64,000 nucleotides of DNA from Candidatus Woesebacteria bacterium GW2011_GWB1_39_10. Lineage in GTDB: Bacteria > Patescibacteriota > Microgenomatia > UBA8517. The notes beneath the pieces were generated by a model, which was not told the DNA's origin, made no database searches, and worked only from the letters and a program-made list of their open reading frames with translations. The position numbers and the translations under genes are program-made. The DNA lies in the NCBI GenBank assembly GCA_000993205.1, contig LBVU01000003.1, positions 21,820 to 85,819 on the forward strand, written 5' to 3'. Each line of letters begins with the position of its first letter. The first letter of the stretch is position 1. Below, piece by piece: positions 28,299 to 37,376 of the stretch.

Positions 28299-28917
28299 GA
28301 GATTTGACAAGATTTGCGATATCTTTATAAATAACTTCTACCGGTCTTTCCCCGTCAACCTCAACCACTTTTGAATCTTTTCTGAATTCTTCAATTAATG
28401 GAATTGTATGACTTTTATATAACTCGAGGCGTTTTTTAATTGCGTCAGGTTTGTCGTCCTCTCTTTGAATTAATTTGTTTTGATCAACATCGTCGGGAAT
28501 TTTTTCGGTAACCAGATTGTAGATCTTACCTGTTTCCGGATCTAATCTTCTGGCACTTAAACGCCTGACCGTTTCTTCTTCACTAATCTCTAAAATTATC
28601 GCCAAATCCAAGGTTACTTTCTTTTCCCTCAGCCAATTTTTTAGAAAATAGTATTGATCAACATTTCTTGGAAAACCATCAAAAACTATATTGTCATACA
28701 TGCTTTTTTCATCCAAAAAAGCTGTTAGATACGATGTCATTTCTTTATCCGGAACAAATTTTCCCTCGGCTAGAGCCTTTTTGACCTCAATATTTTCTTC
28801 TGCAACTTTTCTAAGGTATGCCCCCGATTCAAAATAGAAAAATCCAAATTCTTCAATTAGAAGTCTGGCCTGTGTTCCTTTGCCAGAACCTTGAGGGCCG
28901 AGTAGTAAAATGTTCAT
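28288..28917 (-). CDS. adk: Adenylate kinase
   Basis: GPQGSGKGTQA, DGFPR and QREDD motifs. Confidence 0.95.
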   Translation of the reverse strand: MNILLLGPQGSGKGTQARLLIEEFGFFYFESGAYLRKVAEENIEVKKALAEGKFVPDKEMTSYLTAFLDEKSMYDNIVFDGFPRNVDQYYFLKNWLREKKVTLDLAIILEISEEETVRRLSARRLDPETGKIYNLVTEKIPDDVDQNKLIQREDDKPDAIKKRLELYKSHTIPLIEEFRKDSKVVEVDGERPVEVIYKDIANLVKSHGH

Positions 28918-28928
28918 CCAGAGGTATT

Positions 28929-29285
28929 TTAACCTAACATCAGCTTCATTGGAATAAGCTCTCGGGAGAAGGGGTTGACCATAAGGCCCATATTTTTCAG
29001 GGTTAATGCCCCAAGAAGTGGTGAGTCCGTACTTTTTCCTATCACGACGGTCGATGGCGCCTTTTGTCCATTTACCAAAACTATCGCAAAACTTAAGTCC
29101 CTCTCCATTATACTTCCATCTGCCAGGCTAAATTTCTGTTTTCTATCCGATTTTAAACCCAACTTCTTAGCCATACTTAAAGGAATAACTGTAAAACTAG
29201 CGCCGGTGTCCACCAAAAAGTCCCCTTCGACTCTTTTTTTACCGGATAAGTCTGTAATTATAAGTGGAATTGTAGTTAAACCCAT
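28929..29285 (-). CDS. Clan AA (retropepsin-like) aspartic protease, AF_0612-like
   Basis: LVDTGA, LADG and LLGALTL..MGL.V.P motifs. Confidence 0.85.
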   Translation of the reverse strand: MGLTTIPLIITDLSGKKRVEGDFLVDTGASFTVIPLSMAKKLGLKSDRKQKFSLADGSIMERDLSFAIVLVNGQKAPSTVVIGKSTDSPLLGALTLKNMGLMVNPFSRELIPMKLMLG

Positions 29286-29315
29286 AAATCATTATAGCAC
29301 GCTCTCTGAATCACC

Positions 29316-29364
29316 CTATAGACTTGACTTTTTAATGTGGTGGTGGTGGTACCATTAGCCTCAG
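29316..29364 (+). promoter_or_regulatory. Cassette promoter copy 1: TTGACT-20 bp with (TGG)4-TACCAT
   Basis: Near-duplicate of 31431-31477. Confidence 0.7.
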
Positions 29365-29542
29365 CAAGTTGGTCAAACCCAAGTTCTTTTTGCAACCTGT
29401 AGTTTGAAATCTTGCTTTTTTAGTTACTTGCACATTCAAATTATTGCGGAATCGCCGAATTGGGTAGTTCTTTGGGCATCGCTTATTTTTAGTGTCCAAA
29501 GCACTATCCAATTCTGGATAGAAAAAGAAAGGAGAATCACAA

Positions 29543-30013
29543 ATGAAAGGCGCTTGGATATGGACGATTTTTATGGTCGCTTTTGCTGTTGTCGTCAGTC
29601 TTCAACTGAATCGGGACATCGTCTACGGTGGTACTGATATCGAGTTTACAGGCATGTCCTCACGCAACCTGGCCATCAACGCAAGTTCTGAAACGACGTT
29701 TGAGGGTGCTTCCTCCGATTTTTTCCTCCTGCGCAAGCTGAACGGGGAAACGATTGTAGCGACACCGACTAAACCACCTTTGGGCTGGAGTTCAGATACC
29801 TATTTCACGGCAGGGCCAACCACTATTCAAAGTGGCAATTGGATTGTCGAGACGGGATCGCCAACCATCCATCTGACAAGCAGTCAGTCAGTAACCGTTA
29901 CAGCCCATATTCCCGACAAGGCATCGACTTGGTATGAGATATCTCTTATCGTCACTCTTATTTGGCTTTTAGGCCTACTAGTAGCAGCCATGAACATGGA
30001 TCTCCGCAATTGA
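29543..30013 (+). CDS. Hypothetical membrane protein (N- and C-terminal TM helices), antisense insert between secY and adk
   Basis: SD AGGAGA, two hydrophobic segments and its own terminator. Confidence 0.75.
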   Translation: MKGAWIWTIFMVAFAVVVSLQLNRDIVYGGTDIEFTGMSSRNLAINASSETTFEGASSDFFLLRKLNGETIVATPTKPPLGWSSDTYFTAGPTTIQSGNWIVETGSPTIHLTSSQSVTVTAHIPDKASTWYEISLIVTLIWLLGLLVAAMNMDLRN

Positions 30014-30018
30014 AGCGC

Positions 30019-30066
30019 AAAAACCTGAAATAGGCCCCGTAAAAAGGACACCGTTTCAGGTTTTTT
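30019..30066. terminator. Bidirectional terminator between the cassette gene and secY
   Basis: aaaaacctgaaa...tttcaggttttt. Confidence 0.7.
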
Positions 30067-30077
30067 ATTGGAGAAAA

Positions 30078-31361
30078 CTATCTAATTAGCCCTTCGTATT
30101 TACCCATAACCATCTCGCCTTCTATTTCACGGATTACCTCCAATGCAACAGAGACTACGATCAGAATACTGGTTCCGCCTATTGCAAGGCTCTGCACGCC
30201 CACGAACTTCTGGAAAAACGAGGGCAAAATTGCCACCATTCCCAAAAACGCTCCACCTACCACGGTTAAGCGGGCAAGAACAAAAGAAAGATATTTCGCG
30301 GTTTCTTTACCGGGCCTAATTCCTGGGATAAAGCCACCGCCTTTTTGCAAATCTTCTGAAATTTTTTCCGGATTAAATACCACCGCAGTATAAAAATAAG
30401 TAAATCCAAAAACCAAAAAGAAATATACCAAGTTATAAGTAAGGGACTGGGGATTAAATGCTGTTGTTATCGAACGGGCAACATTAGCTACAGCCGCATT
30501 CGGAATATTGGTCAAAAACTGTCCCAGAAGGGAAGGCAAAAGGACCAAAGATACGGCAAAAATTATTGGAATTACCCCGGCCTGGTTAAGGCGAAGCGGA
30601 AGATAAGAAGTTGAGGCAAGTCCACTTTCGGTTCTACGTTTGGCATAATGAATCGGAATCTGGCGCGCAGCCTCACTAATAAAGATGACAAGTCCCACAA
30701 TTACAATTGCAACCGCCAGGAATATTATGATTTTGAGAAGATCCTGCGACTGAACAATGCTTGCCGATTGTCCCAAAGTAATTGGTAAACGTGCGACAAT
30801 TCCGGTAAAAATCAAAATCGAAACTCCATTTTTAAAACCGTATTCGCTGATTAGTTCTCCAAGCCAAACAGCAAAAACGGTGCCTGCCGTCATTGTTAGA
30901 ACCAGCGACAAAAGAGCAAGAGGCTCAAGATTCGGAATAACTTTTTGCCCCTTAAGAAGCGCATACATCCCAAAAGCTTGCAATGTTGCCAATGGCACTG
31001 TTAAAAGGCGTGTGTATTGATTGATTTTTTCCTGACCATACTCGCCTTCCTTTTGAAGAGCCTCAAGACTCGGAATTACGTAGCCAAGCATCTGAAAGAT
31101 GATTGAGGCGTTGATGTACGGATTAAGTCCCAAGGCAAGAATAGAAAAGTTGGCCAAGGTACCACCGGAAAATACATCTAAAAGAGAGAGAAGCGGACTT
31201 CCGTTAAAAAGCGCAGTAAGAGTTTCGCGGTTTATGCCCGCCGCAGGAATGTGTCCTGCAAGCCTGAAGATGACTAAAATTCCCGCCGTGACAAGAAGCT
31301 TTCTTCTTATGGATGGGGTTTTAACGGCTTTGCTGAAAAAATGAATGATGGAATTGAACAT
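30078..31361 (-). CDS. secY: Preprotein translocase SecY
   Basis: SILALGLNPYINASII, AGVIPIIFA, FIPGIRPG and GGTSILIVV motifs. Confidence 0.98.
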   Translation of the reverse strand: MFNSIIHFFSKAVKTPSIRRKLLVTAGILVIFRLAGHIPAAGINRETLTALFNGSPLLSLLDVFSGGTLANFSILALGLNPYINASIIFQMLGYVIPSLEALQKEGEYGQEKINQYTRLLTVPLATLQAFGMYALLKGQKVIPNLEPLALLSLVLTMTAGTVFAVWLGELISEYGFKNGVSILIFTGIVARLPITLGQSASIVQSQDLLKIIIFLAVAIVIVGLVIFISEAARQIPIHYAKRRTESGLASTSYLPLRLNQAGVIPIIFAVSLVLLPSLLGQFLTNIPNAAVANVARSITTAFNPQSLTYNLVYFFLVFGFTYFYTAVVFNPEKISEDLQKGGGFIPGIRPGKETAKYLSFVLARLTVVGGAFLGMVAILPSFFQKFVGVQSLAIGGTSILIVVSVALEVIREIEGEMVMGKYEGLIR

Positions 31362-31430
31362 AACAGGGTAAATTATACCTTAAACCCGATTCTGAAGCCA
31401 CCCACGAAATCTATTTCTGGCGGCACAGTC

Positions 31431-31477
31431 CTATAATCTTGACTTTTATATGTGGTGGTGGTACCATCCAGCTTCAG
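31431..31477 (+). promoter_or_regulatory. Cassette promoter copy 2: TTGACT-17 bp with (TGG)3-TACCAT
   Basis: Sigma70-like spacing with extended -10 TG. Confidence 0.75.
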
Positions 31478-31552
31478 TTTTGCACTTTGAAATTGCGGGT
31501 TTTTGGTTTCGGAAAGTCTGTTCTGATGATGATGAGAAATAGGAGAAAAATT

Positions 31553-32242
31553 ATGAAACCAAAATTTAATGTACGCGTAAACCACGCCTCGGGAAGAACT
31601 TTCTCCACGGATGTGGAAATCGGCAAGCAGGTCGTCTCGCTTTATATGCCCTATGATTCTGCCCAACACCAGTACCTCGAAGCCCTTCGCGATCATGACC
31701 GTATTGTGGCCGTGATGGTTCGGGAACTGCGCCAGATCGACGCGGTTGACGACATCTTTGTTGATCCGTACGAAGTTTCGGTCTACATGAAGGAGAAAAA
31801 TTCCTTCGGACTTCGGCCGCGGTGGAACGAAAAGATCGACCAGATTGTCAAAAAGGCATTTCAAGCAAGGTATGACGAGCTACATCCCAATCGGAAAAGA
31901 CTTGCCATTGAGATTTATCCAAACGATCGGTTTCGGGGTTTTGCCACCACCTTTGAAATCTCGAATTCACGCTATGAAACTTTCCTGCGTCCGCTTCGGA
32001 TTTCCAGTGTGGAATACTTACACAAGGTCGGCATTGATGGCGGCGGAGAACTTGTCCGCATCGTTATGCAGATCCCGGGCGTCACACAAGTTTCAATACA
32101 GCCTTACGAGGCACGCGTCGAGATTGCAAACGCCTTCAGCTGGGACGAGCTTGATGACAATGGCAAGTCGATAGTGGACAACATTGTCGAGGCTTTCAAG
32201 AAAGTTTTCGGCAACAACATCGCCATTTCCAACAAGCAATAA
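31553..32242 (+). CDS. Protein with two Nfu/NifU N-terminal-like repeats
   Basis: SD AGGAGA before ATG 31553; repeats LRQIDAVDDIFVDPYEVSV...W and VMQIPGVTQVSIQPYEARV...SWDEL. Confidence 0.65.
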   Translation: MKPKFNVRVNHASGRTFSTDVEIGKQVVSLYMPYDSAQHQYLEALRDHDRIVAVMVRELRQIDAVDDIFVDPYEVSVYMKEKNSFGLRPRWNEKIDQIVKKAFQARYDELHPNRKRLAIEIYPNDRFRGFATTFEISNSRYETFLRPLRISSVEYLHKVGIDGGGELVRIVMQIPGVTQVSIQPYEARVEIANAFSWDELDDNGKSIVDNIVEAFKKVFGNNIAISNKQ

Positions 32243-32275
32243 AACCAAACACAATAAACCCGCAAAGTGTAAAAC

Positions 32276-32331
32276 AACACCCCCAACCTGTAATAAGGTT
32301 ATCCGCAAGGATTATAAAGAGGGGTGTTTTT
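32276..32331. terminator. Probable terminator after the cassette gene
   Basis: aacacccc...ggggtgttttt. Confidence 0.55.
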
Positions 32332-32355
32332 CTTGAAAAAACCACGTTTTTGTTC

Positions 32356-32383
32356 TGCTACACTGCTACATATCAGTGTAGCA
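32356..32383. promoter_or_regulatory. Palindromic operator-like site, copy 2
   Basis: TGCTACACTG-CTACATAT-CAGTGTAGCA, just downstream of the TrpR-like gene. Confidence 0.75.
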
Positions 32384-32400
32384 AAGACCAAATAAAATAA

Positions 32401-32958
32401 TTAAAAATTTTTCTTATTAGATTGGTTCCCGTGGCTGGATTGATAGTGAAGGTCAATTTCTTCCCGAAAAACTTTATCAGAATTTTCTTTTGCGGAAACC
32501 CCTTTGGCAAAATTTTCCAACAAATCTGTTTGTTTATTTACTATCCCGGCTATGGCGAGTGTAGAAATCAGTTTTGGTAGTTGGAATTCAATAGGAATTT
32601 TCGGCAAATTTGCAGGGATCGCGTATTTTACTGGAAGCTTAGAAATAACACTTCTTAAACCTTCCCCACCTTCACTTAACCAAATGTTTACTTTTGAAAT
32701 AGTTGCAAAACTGCAGTGTAATTCGTCTGCGATTTCTCTTTCTGTGGTTTCTTTTAGGAGTAATTTGGCAATTCTTAGCCGTTTTGCCAAATTTTTAATC
32801 TCCTTGGCGGTAAGCAAATCTTTGAGGAATAGGGCAGTCTCGGTGGGAGTTTTGACGATACTTACAGCGTTTATCAAATCAAACATTAATGCCAACTGTT
32901 CATCTCTCCCAAGTTTCTCAGGCCTCGTTGATCTTTTGTAATAAGCAGTCTTCGTCAT
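32401..32958 (-). CDS. TrpR-like (YerC/YecD) HTH regulator with C-terminal extension
   Basis: FLKDLLT..E...LAKRLRIAKLL....REIA.EL..S.ATISKV pattern. Confidence 0.85.
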   Translation of the reverse strand: MTKTAYYKRSTRPEKLGRDEQLALMFDLINAVSIVKTPTETALFLKDLLTAKEIKNLAKRLRIAKLLLKETTEREIADELHCSFATISKVNIWLSEGGEGLRSVISKLPVKYAIPANLPKIPIEFQLPKLISTLAIAGIVNKQTDLLENFAKGVSAKENSDKVFREEIDLHYQSSHGNQSNKKNF

Positions 32959-32960
32959 GA

Positions 32961-32988
32961 TGATACAGTGCTATGTATCAGTGTAGCA
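32961..32988. promoter_or_regulatory. Palindromic operator-like site, copy 3, 2 nt upstream of the TrpR-like start codon
   Basis: Minus strand reads TGCTACACTG-ATACATAG-CACTGTATCA-TC-ATG. Confidence 0.8.
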
Positions 32989-33054
32989 TAAAAGACACAG
33001 AATTGAAAATGCTTTAGTTTTATTGGTATTAATTGAAAGTTTTAATTGAAGATC

Positions 33055-33516
33055 TTAATTTTCCTTTACAGAGTCCGTTTTGGCTACTTTTTCAACTACT
33101 TTTTCTACAACCGGATTTACAGATTTGGAAGTCGGGACAAGGAAGGTAAACTTTTTGGTTGTTTTGCCTCCACCTAAAATTTTTACACCGAATTTTTTAG
33201 CTTCTTTGGCGTCCACCAATTTTTCTTTAACTAAAAGTTCAACCGTAATTTTTGAACCCGTTGGTAAAACTTCCAAATCACTCAAATTAAGTATTACCGG
33301 TTTTCCACCCGCTTTGAATTTTCCTTTTCCTCTTTGAAGAGGTAATCTCTTAAGGAAAGACTTCTTCATTTTGAGTCCCTCAAAAAGAATTCCTTTAGAA
33401 GTTCTTGATTTTTGCCCTTTTTGGCCACGTCCCGATGTGTGGCTACCTTTACCGGAACCCATTCCGCGTCCTACTCTTTTTTTTGGTCTTTGAACTATTT
33501 TTGGCAAATTTGACAT
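33055..33516 (-). CDS. rplO: 50S ribosomal protein L15
   Basis: RVGRG.GSGKG, GRGQKGQKSR and KILGGG motifs. Confidence 0.96.
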   Translation of the reverse strand: MSNLPKIVQRPKKRVGRGMGSGKGSHTSGRGQKGQKSRTSKGILFEGLKMKKSFLKRLPLQRGKGKFKAGGKPVILNLSDLEVLPTGSKITVELLVKEKLVDAKEAKKFGVKILGGGKTTKKFTFLVPTSKSVNPVVEKVVEKVAKTDSVKEN

Positions 33517-33517
33517 A

Positions 33518-34006
33518 TTATTTCTTCTTCATTTCAACAAGACTTGTGATCTGTTCCAAAGCTTTAAGTGTTGCATAAACGTTTGAGATTTTATTTTTGG
33601 TTCCCAGGATTTTACCCACCGCATCCCTGATTCCCGCGGCTTCAAGAACAACCCTCATTGGTCCCCCGGCGATAATTCCGCTTCCGGGAGGAGCCGGTTT
33701 GAGGAGAATTTTTGCTGCCGAAAACTTTTCGTTAACCGAGTAGGGAATCGTGGTACCGACAATGGGAACTATAATTAGTTTTCTTTTAGCCGCCTCAATT
33801 GATTTTCTGATAGCGTTTCGCACGTCGTGAGCTTTGGCCAAACCTACTCCAACTTTCCCTTTTCTGTCTCCCACAACCACAAGAGCGGAAAATCTCATTT
33901 GGTTTCCCCCTTTGGTCTTTTTGGAAACCCTGTTTATTTGGACCACTGTTTCTTCAAACTCTTTTGGCCCTGTGTCGTATTGTTGTCTTCTATTAAAGTT
34001 TGCCAT
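33518..34006 (-). CDS. rpsE: 30S ribosomal protein S5
   Basis: INRVSK..KGG and PAPPGSGIIAGG motifs. Confidence 0.97.
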   Translation of the reverse strand: MANFNRRQQYDTGPKEFEETVVQINRVSKKTKGGNQMRFSALVVVGDRKGKVGVGLAKAHDVRNAIRKSIEAAKRKLIIVPIVGTTIPYSVNEKFSAAKILLKPAPPGSGIIAGGPMRVVLEAAGIRDAVGKILGTKNKISNVYATLKALEQITSLVEMKKK

Positions 34007-34045
34007 ATGTTTATAAATACTAAATTCAAATATCGAAATCCGAAA

Positions 34046-34366
34046 CTAAAACTCCAAACCTCCTTTTCTTGCTCCGTCTGCCAATGCCTTAACTTTGCCG
34101 TGATATATAAATCCGTTTCTGTCAAAAGTAACTTTTTTGATCTTTTTGCCTATCGCCTTTATTGCCAATTCTTCTCCTACTTTTGCGCCGGCGTTTTTTG
34201 GCCCTTTAGCGGAAACTATTGTCTCCTGTTTTTCGTCGTCGATTACTTGAGAGTAAAGATATTTATTTGAACGGAAAACACTAAGTCTCGGACGCGTTTT
34301 AGTCCCAAAAATTTTCGATTTAACTCTTCTTTTTCTTTGCTGATATCTTTTTTGTTTGATTTCCAT
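34046..34366 (-). CDS. rplR: 50S ribosomal protein L18
   Basis: RPRLSVFRSN and FDRNG..YHGKV motifs. Confidence 0.96.
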   Translation of the reverse strand: MEIKQKRYQQRKRRVKSKIFGTKTRPRLSVFRSNKYLYSQVIDDEKQETIVSAKGPKNAGAKVGEELAIKAIGKKIKKVTFDRNGFIYHGKVKALADGARKGGLEF

Positions 34367-34406
34367 TTTTAATTATTAATTATTAATTATTAATTTTTAA
34401 TTTCAG

Positions 34407-34958
34407 TTAGGCCGCTCCTGTAGTTTTGGCCGCAGCTTTACCCGGCTTTCTTCGTATAATTTCATCTACATATTTAATTCCTTTACCCTTGTACGGCTCA
34501 GGGGGTCTGGCTCCCCTAATATCTGCCGCGATCTGCCCGACTATTTCTTTATCAAACCCGTCAACAGTAACTATCATTTTTTCAATTTTAAACGTGATCC
34601 CCTCCGGCGCATCAATTTTTACAGGATGAGAATATCCAACAGTCAACGATAGTGTTTTGCCGGAAACCTCCGCCCTAAAACCGGTTCCAACCAGCTCAAG
34701 TTTTTTACTCCAACCGGTAGATACTCCAAAAACATCATTGTTGATAATAGACCTGAATGTCCCATGTAAACTACTTGCCTGCTTGCTAGATCCTTTTACT
34801 GTAATAAGAACCTCCCCGTCTTTAACCTCGGCATTAACAACATGCGGCAAATGCCGGGTAAGAACGCCTTTTGGTCCTGTCGTTTTAACAGTTTGGCCAG
34901 AAACCTCAACTGTTACACCCTGGGCAATTTTGATTGGTTGTCTTCCGATTTTTGACAT
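34407..34958 (-). CDS. rplF: 50S ribosomal protein L6
   Basis: MSKIG, GYSHP and PEPYKGKG motifs. Confidence 0.97.
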   Translation of the reverse strand: MSKIGRQPIKIAQGVTVEVSGQTVKTTGPKGVLTRHLPHVVNAEVKDGEVLITVKGSSKQASSLHGTFRSIINNDVFGVSTGWSKKLELVGTGFRAEVSGKTLSLTVGYSHPVKIDAPEGITFKIEKMIVTVDGFDKEIVGQIAADIRGARPPEPYKGKGIKYVDEIIRRKPGKAAAKTTGAA

Positions 34959-34992
34959 TTTTAAAATCCTGAATTAATTTCAGGAACTTTCC

Positions 34993-35391
34993 CTACCAAA
35001 TTTCTGCAATTACTTCCCCACCTGTCCTGGTCTTAATCGATTCGCGTGACGAGAGTATTCCTTTTGGCGTCGAAATAATAAAAGTTGATGGGCCTTTTTT
35101 GGAGGCAATTTCATCAACACCTAAATATATCCTTAACCCCGGCTTACTAACTAATCTGAGATCTATCAAAAGAGGCTTCTTATTCTTGAACGCCAACGAT
35201 ATACTGAGAGCTTGTTTGTCTTTTTTAACCTCATCCAGATAGCCCAGTTTCTTAAGAGCTTCAGCTATTGCGACAATTTTGCGATTCCCATAAACCTCAA
35301 TCTTTTTATTTTTGGCCATAGCGGCATTTTTAACCTTAATTAAAAAGTCTCCTACTGAATAATTTGTAATTGAATGTTTAATTTTTTTCAT
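34993..35391 (-). CDS. rpsH: 30S ribosomal protein S8
   Basis: SKPGLRIY, ISTPKG and GGEVI motifs. Confidence 0.95.
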   Translation of the reverse strand: MKKIKHSITNYSVGDFLIKVKNAAMAKNKKIEVYGNRKIVAIAEALKKLGYLDEVKKDKQALSISLAFKNKKPLLIDLRLVSKPGLRIYLGVDEIASKKGPSTFIISTPKGILSSRESIKTRTGGEVIAEIW

Positions 35392-35393
35392 AG

Positions 35394-35579
35394 TTACCAG
35401 CTTGCTTTTCTAACCCCTGGAATCTCACCTTTTAAGGCGTGCTCCCTGAAACAAAGTCTGCAAATTCCAAACTTACGTATGTAACCACGGGACCTTCCGC
35501 AGAGTTTGCATCTGTTACGGTATCTGACTTTAAACTTTAGTTTTTTTGTTTCTCTGACTTCTTTTGCAGTTGTTGACAT
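35394..35579 (-). CDS. rpsN: 30S ribosomal protein S14 (zinc type)
   Basis: RCKLCGR, CRLCFRE and PGVRKASW motifs. Confidence 0.97.
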   Translation of the reverse strand: MSTTAKEVRETKKLKFKVRYRNRCKLCGRSRGYIRKFGICRLCFREHALKGEIPGVRKASW

Positions 35580-35582
35580 ATA

Positions 35583-36122
35583 TTATTTTTGAAATGGCAC
35601 CCCTAGCAGTTCCAAAAGTTTTTTGGATTGTATCACGTTCCCGCCTGTTATCACGATCGTTACTTCAAGTCCATGGGGTGCGGCGCTTTTTGCCGGATCA
35701 ATCTCGGGAAAAACCGTATGCTCTACAAATCCCAGAGTGTAATTGCCGGACTTATCAAACGATTTGAGAGATGTGCCTCTGAAATCTCTAAGACGTGGTA
35801 GGGTGACCGACATAAGTCTATCTAAAAATGAATACATTCTGTTTCCCCTCAAAGTTACGGATAAACCAACCGGCATCCCGGCGCGAAGTGAAAAGCTTGC
35901 AATTGAAACCTTTGCATTCCTCACCGAAGGAAATTGACCGGAAATGGCAGCAATATCCCGTCTTAATCCGTCCATTAAAGCTTGGTTTTTGGCCGCTTCT
36001 CCCACGCCCATATTAATAACAATCTTTTTAATTCTCGGGATTGCCATAGAATTATTAATGCTAAATTCTTTAGCCAATACCGGTTTGGCCTCTTTTTCAA
36101 ATTTTTCTTTTAGTCTATTCAT
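35583..36122 (-). CDS. rplE: 50S ribosomal protein L5
   Basis: KIVINMGVG, VTLRG and LPRLRDFRG motifs. Confidence 0.97.
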   Translation of the reverse strand: MNRLKEKFEKEAKPVLAKEFSINNSMAIPRIKKIVINMGVGEAAKNQALMDGLRRDIAAISGQFPSVRNAKVSIASFSLRAGMPVGLSVTLRGNRMYSFLDRLMSVTLPRLRDFRGTSLKSFDKSGNYTLGFVEHTVFPEIDPAKSAAPHGLEVTIVITGGNVIQSKKLLELLGVPFQK

Positions 36123-36161
36123 AAGTTTATATAGATCCCGAATCAAGTTCGGGATGACTCC

Positions 36162-36500
36162 TTACTTGGAGTCAATCTCTTTTCCGCACTTCCTACAAAT
36201 TCTCACTTTTTCAGCAAACTTTCCGCCAGAGGCGGATCCAGCTATGGTGGAAAATCCGACTCGTGTCACCTTTTTACACTTTGGGCAAACCAAAGCTATT
36301 TTTCCAAAACCCATAGGCCTGGGCAAGGGATAAACTCCGCCTTTTACATCACCAAACCCTTTTACGTGTTTTTTATAAAGGTTCATCTCGGGTATTAAAG
36401 CCTTTGACTCGACAGGTAGAATTTTCTCAATTTTTCCCTCTCTGCCCTTGTCTTTACCCGCTGTTATTTTGACTGTGTCTCCTTTTTTAAATTTCAACAT
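36162..36500 (-). CDS. rplX: 50S ribosomal protein L24 with palindromic in-frame insertion
   Basis: KKGDTV...GKDKG, CPKC and CRKC motifs; insert STIAGSASGGKF. Confidence 0.95.
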   Translation of the reverse strand: MLKFKKGDTVKITAGKDKGREGKIEKILPVESKALIPEMNLYKKHVKGFGDVKGGVYPLPRPMGFGKIALVCPKCKKVTRVGFSTIAGSASGGKFAEKVRICRKCGKEIDSK

Positions 36501-36503
36501 ATA

Positions 36504-36869
36504 TTAAATGACTTCCCTGGCCAAAGACGCAATCTTATTGTATCCTGCATCCTTTATTTCTCTGGCAACCGGACCTAAAATTCTTGTTCCTCTGGGAAGC
36601 CCTTGTTTATCGATTACAACTCCGGCATTATCGTCAAAGCGAATATACGTTCCGTCACTTCTACCGACTTCCTTTCGTGTACGCACTATTAAAACCCTGA
36701 CTTTTTCGTGATCTGCAACAACCCCCGCCGCATCCGCACCTTTGACTACGCAAAGAACAACGTCTCCCAGACTCGCGAATTTACCAACTCTGCCGGGAAC
36801 TCCAATGATCATAAGTCTTTTGGCCCCGCTATTATCTGCCGAAACTAACATTGTGCGTAATTGAACCAT
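36504..36869 (-). CDS. rplN: 50S ribosomal protein L14
   Basis: ADNSGAK, RFDDNA and GTRILGPVARE motifs. Confidence 0.97.
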   Translation of the reverse strand: MVQLRTMLVSADNSGAKRLMIIGVPGRVGKFASLGDVVLCVVKGADAAGVVADHEKVRVLIVRTRKEVGRSDGTYIRFDDNAGVVIDKQGLPRGTRILGPVAREIKDAGYNKIASLAREVI

Positions 36870-36872
36870 TTT

Positions 36873-37103
36873 TTATTTATTAATTTTTTCTATAATTTTC
36901 CATTTCTTTGTCTTTGAATACGGTTTGCTGGCCGTAAACTTTACAATGTCTCCGATTTTTGCCCCACTCTCATCGTGAACCTGATATTTTGTATCCCTCA
37001 TAAATCTTTTCTTGTACAGTGGGTGAATAACAACACGTTCCACGGCGACCGTTGCGGTTTTGGTCATCTTTGTTGCAATTACCCGTCCTGTAAATACTTT
37101 CAT
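36873..37103 (-). CDS. rpsQ: 30S ribosomal protein S17
   Basis: KMTKT, HPLYKK and SKTKKW motifs. Confidence 0.96.
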   Translation of the reverse strand: MKVFTGRVIATKMTKTATVAVERVVIHPLYKKRFMRDTKYQVHDESGAKIGDIVKFTASKPYSKTKKWKIIEKINK

Positions 37104-37106
37104 ATT

Positions 37107-37346
37107 TTATTTAGTTTTTACTTCTTCGCTTTTACTTTTTAGCTTATCAATTATTTGTTTCTCTTTTATTAAAGTCAAAATCTGGGCAATCTCACGCCTC
37201 AAGTTTCTGTAACTCTTCAGGTTTTTGTCTTTCCCAGAAACTCCATTCATCTTCTTTTTTAGAGACTCTTCTTTCTTTTCTCTTACAAGCTTGGTCAAGT
37301 CTTCAAGTGTTTTATTTTTTAAATTTGTAAATTCTTTTCTTTTCAT
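37107..37346 (-). CDS. rpmC: 50S ribosomal protein L29
   Basis: RREIAQILT motif and operon position. Confidence 0.88.
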   Translation of the reverse strand: MKRKEFTNLKNKTLEDLTKLVREKKEESLKKKMNGVSGKDKNLKSYRNLRREIAQILTLIKEKQIIDKLKSKSEEVKTK

Positions 37347-37376
37347 ATTTTATTGTCCTGAACTTGTTTCAGGATC

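Noticed and set aside
28929-29285. Retroelement origin of the retropepsin-like protease
   Set aside because: Stand-alone prokaryotic clan AA type, with no RT, gag or integrase neighbours.
31439-31552. N-terminal extension of the 267-aa ORF
   Set aside because: The TTG start is the -35 box; the SD supports ATG at 31553.
33516-33518. Absence of rpmD (uL30) as a novelty
   Set aside because: Real, but an established CPR trait; used only as a taxonomic clue.
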